This document shows, one piece after another, positions 63,571 to 64,000 of a DNA stretch of 64,000 bases. The first letter of the stretch is position 1, and each line of letters opens with the position of its first letter. Source of the DNA: an uncultured Bacteroidales bacterium (GTDB taxonomy: Bacteria > Bacteroidota > Bacteroidia > Bacteroidales > UBA3824); assembly GCA_937877455.1 (NCBI GenBank), contig CALFIU010000189.1:28852-92851 (forward strand). Direction: 5' to 3'. A model generated the notes under the pieces. That model was not told where the DNA came from. It was given only the letters and a program-made list of their open reading frames with translations, and did no database searches. A program made the position numbers and the translations under genes.

Positions 63571-63873
63571 TTAAAAATCAGTTATCGGTTGTGTTATCCC
63601 ATCTTTAGGTTTTCTTTTCACAAAGAAATCGTATCCCGGTTTAATCAACACAAGTTTTCCGCAATTCGGGAGATCATAACCAAAATAAGGTTTATTTTTG
63701 TTTTTGTTTAGCTTAATTCTCATCATTCTGCCAACGGCATTGACGATTTCAAACGTGCGATCATCAGATTTATTAGTGTATTTGATTGTGCCATCCTTCT
63801 TCAAATCGCCAGTGCCGATAAATAAACCGTTTGTTACGTGGTTTATTCCTATATAGTATCTTTTCCAGTTCAT
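63571..63873 (-). CDS. Hypothetical protein
   Basis: Co-oriented ORF. Confidence 0.45.
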   Translation of the reverse strand: MNWKRYYIGINHVTNGLFIGTGDLKKDGTIKYTNKSDDRTFEIVNAVGRMMRIKLNKNKNKPYFGYDLPNCGKLVLIKPGYDFFVKRKPKDGITQPITDF

Positions 63874-63927
63874 TATTTACCTCTTATGAATGTGTACCAC
63901 TTTTACGGCGGTACACTTCATCTTGTA

Positions 63928-63999
63928 TTACATATCTGCTTCTTCAGGCTCGTTCATGAAGTCAGAAGGAATGCCATCATATTTTTCAATATCGGATTT
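63928..63999 (-). CDS. 3' end of an ORF entering from beyond the window
   Basis: Open frame ...KSDIEKYDGIPSDFMNEPEEADM ending at TAA (63928-63930). Confidence 0.4.
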   Translation of the reverse strand, partial: KSDIEKYDGIPSDFMNEPEEADM

Positions 64000-64000
64000 T

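Overview
AT-rich segment of a large temperate phage-like genome. The host is probably a low-GC anaerobic Firmicute, inferred from TTGACA-N17-TATAAT promoters, AGGAGG-type RBSs and an NrdDG module. Layout: (1) 1-840 is the visibly GC-richer right end of an IS21-family element (istB plus seven phased terminal repeats). It has inserted into, and 5'-truncated, a reverse transcriptase gene. (2) 1.8-4.3 kb carries plus-strand late/tail-associated and membrane genes ending in a terminator. (3) 4.3-6.0 kb is an attP-like region plus a tyrosine integrase, bracketed by a 34-bp inverted repeat. (4) 6-64 kb is a nearly uninterrupted minus-strand gene train. It encodes xis, a TARG1/DarG-like macrodomain, a dNTP module (dUTPase, NrdDG, kinase, ThyX-like) and a replisome (DnaE, Cas4-like nuclease, primase, DnaB, SSB, Sak3-type annealase). 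It also encodes a DUF2829 (Tad2-like) protein and RNA repair/maturation genes (PNK-HD, DraRnl-type RNA ligase, CCA-adding enzyme, RlaP-like NTase, YqeY). There are four DNA methyltransferases, an SNF2 helicase, PAPS-reductase-like enzymes, homing endonucleases, a radical SAM/SPASM protein and a MazF-like toxin. The most unusual region is 47.3-52.1 kb. It holds five canonical tRNAs plus about ten non-canonical tRNA-like RNAs around a Ro60-like (TROVE/vWA, DUF2828-type) gene. These RNAs share a covarying helix and an invariant ACAGCAA box. Four of them are otherwise canonical tRNA bodies with 50-90 nt inserted in the anticodon region. Other recurring signals are poly-G and pentanucleotide slippage tracts concentrated in DNA-modification genes, and an 18-nt motif (AATAATGCAAGATAA core, over 20 copies) that brackets core promoters. 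All functional calls come from motif recognition by eye, with no database search run.
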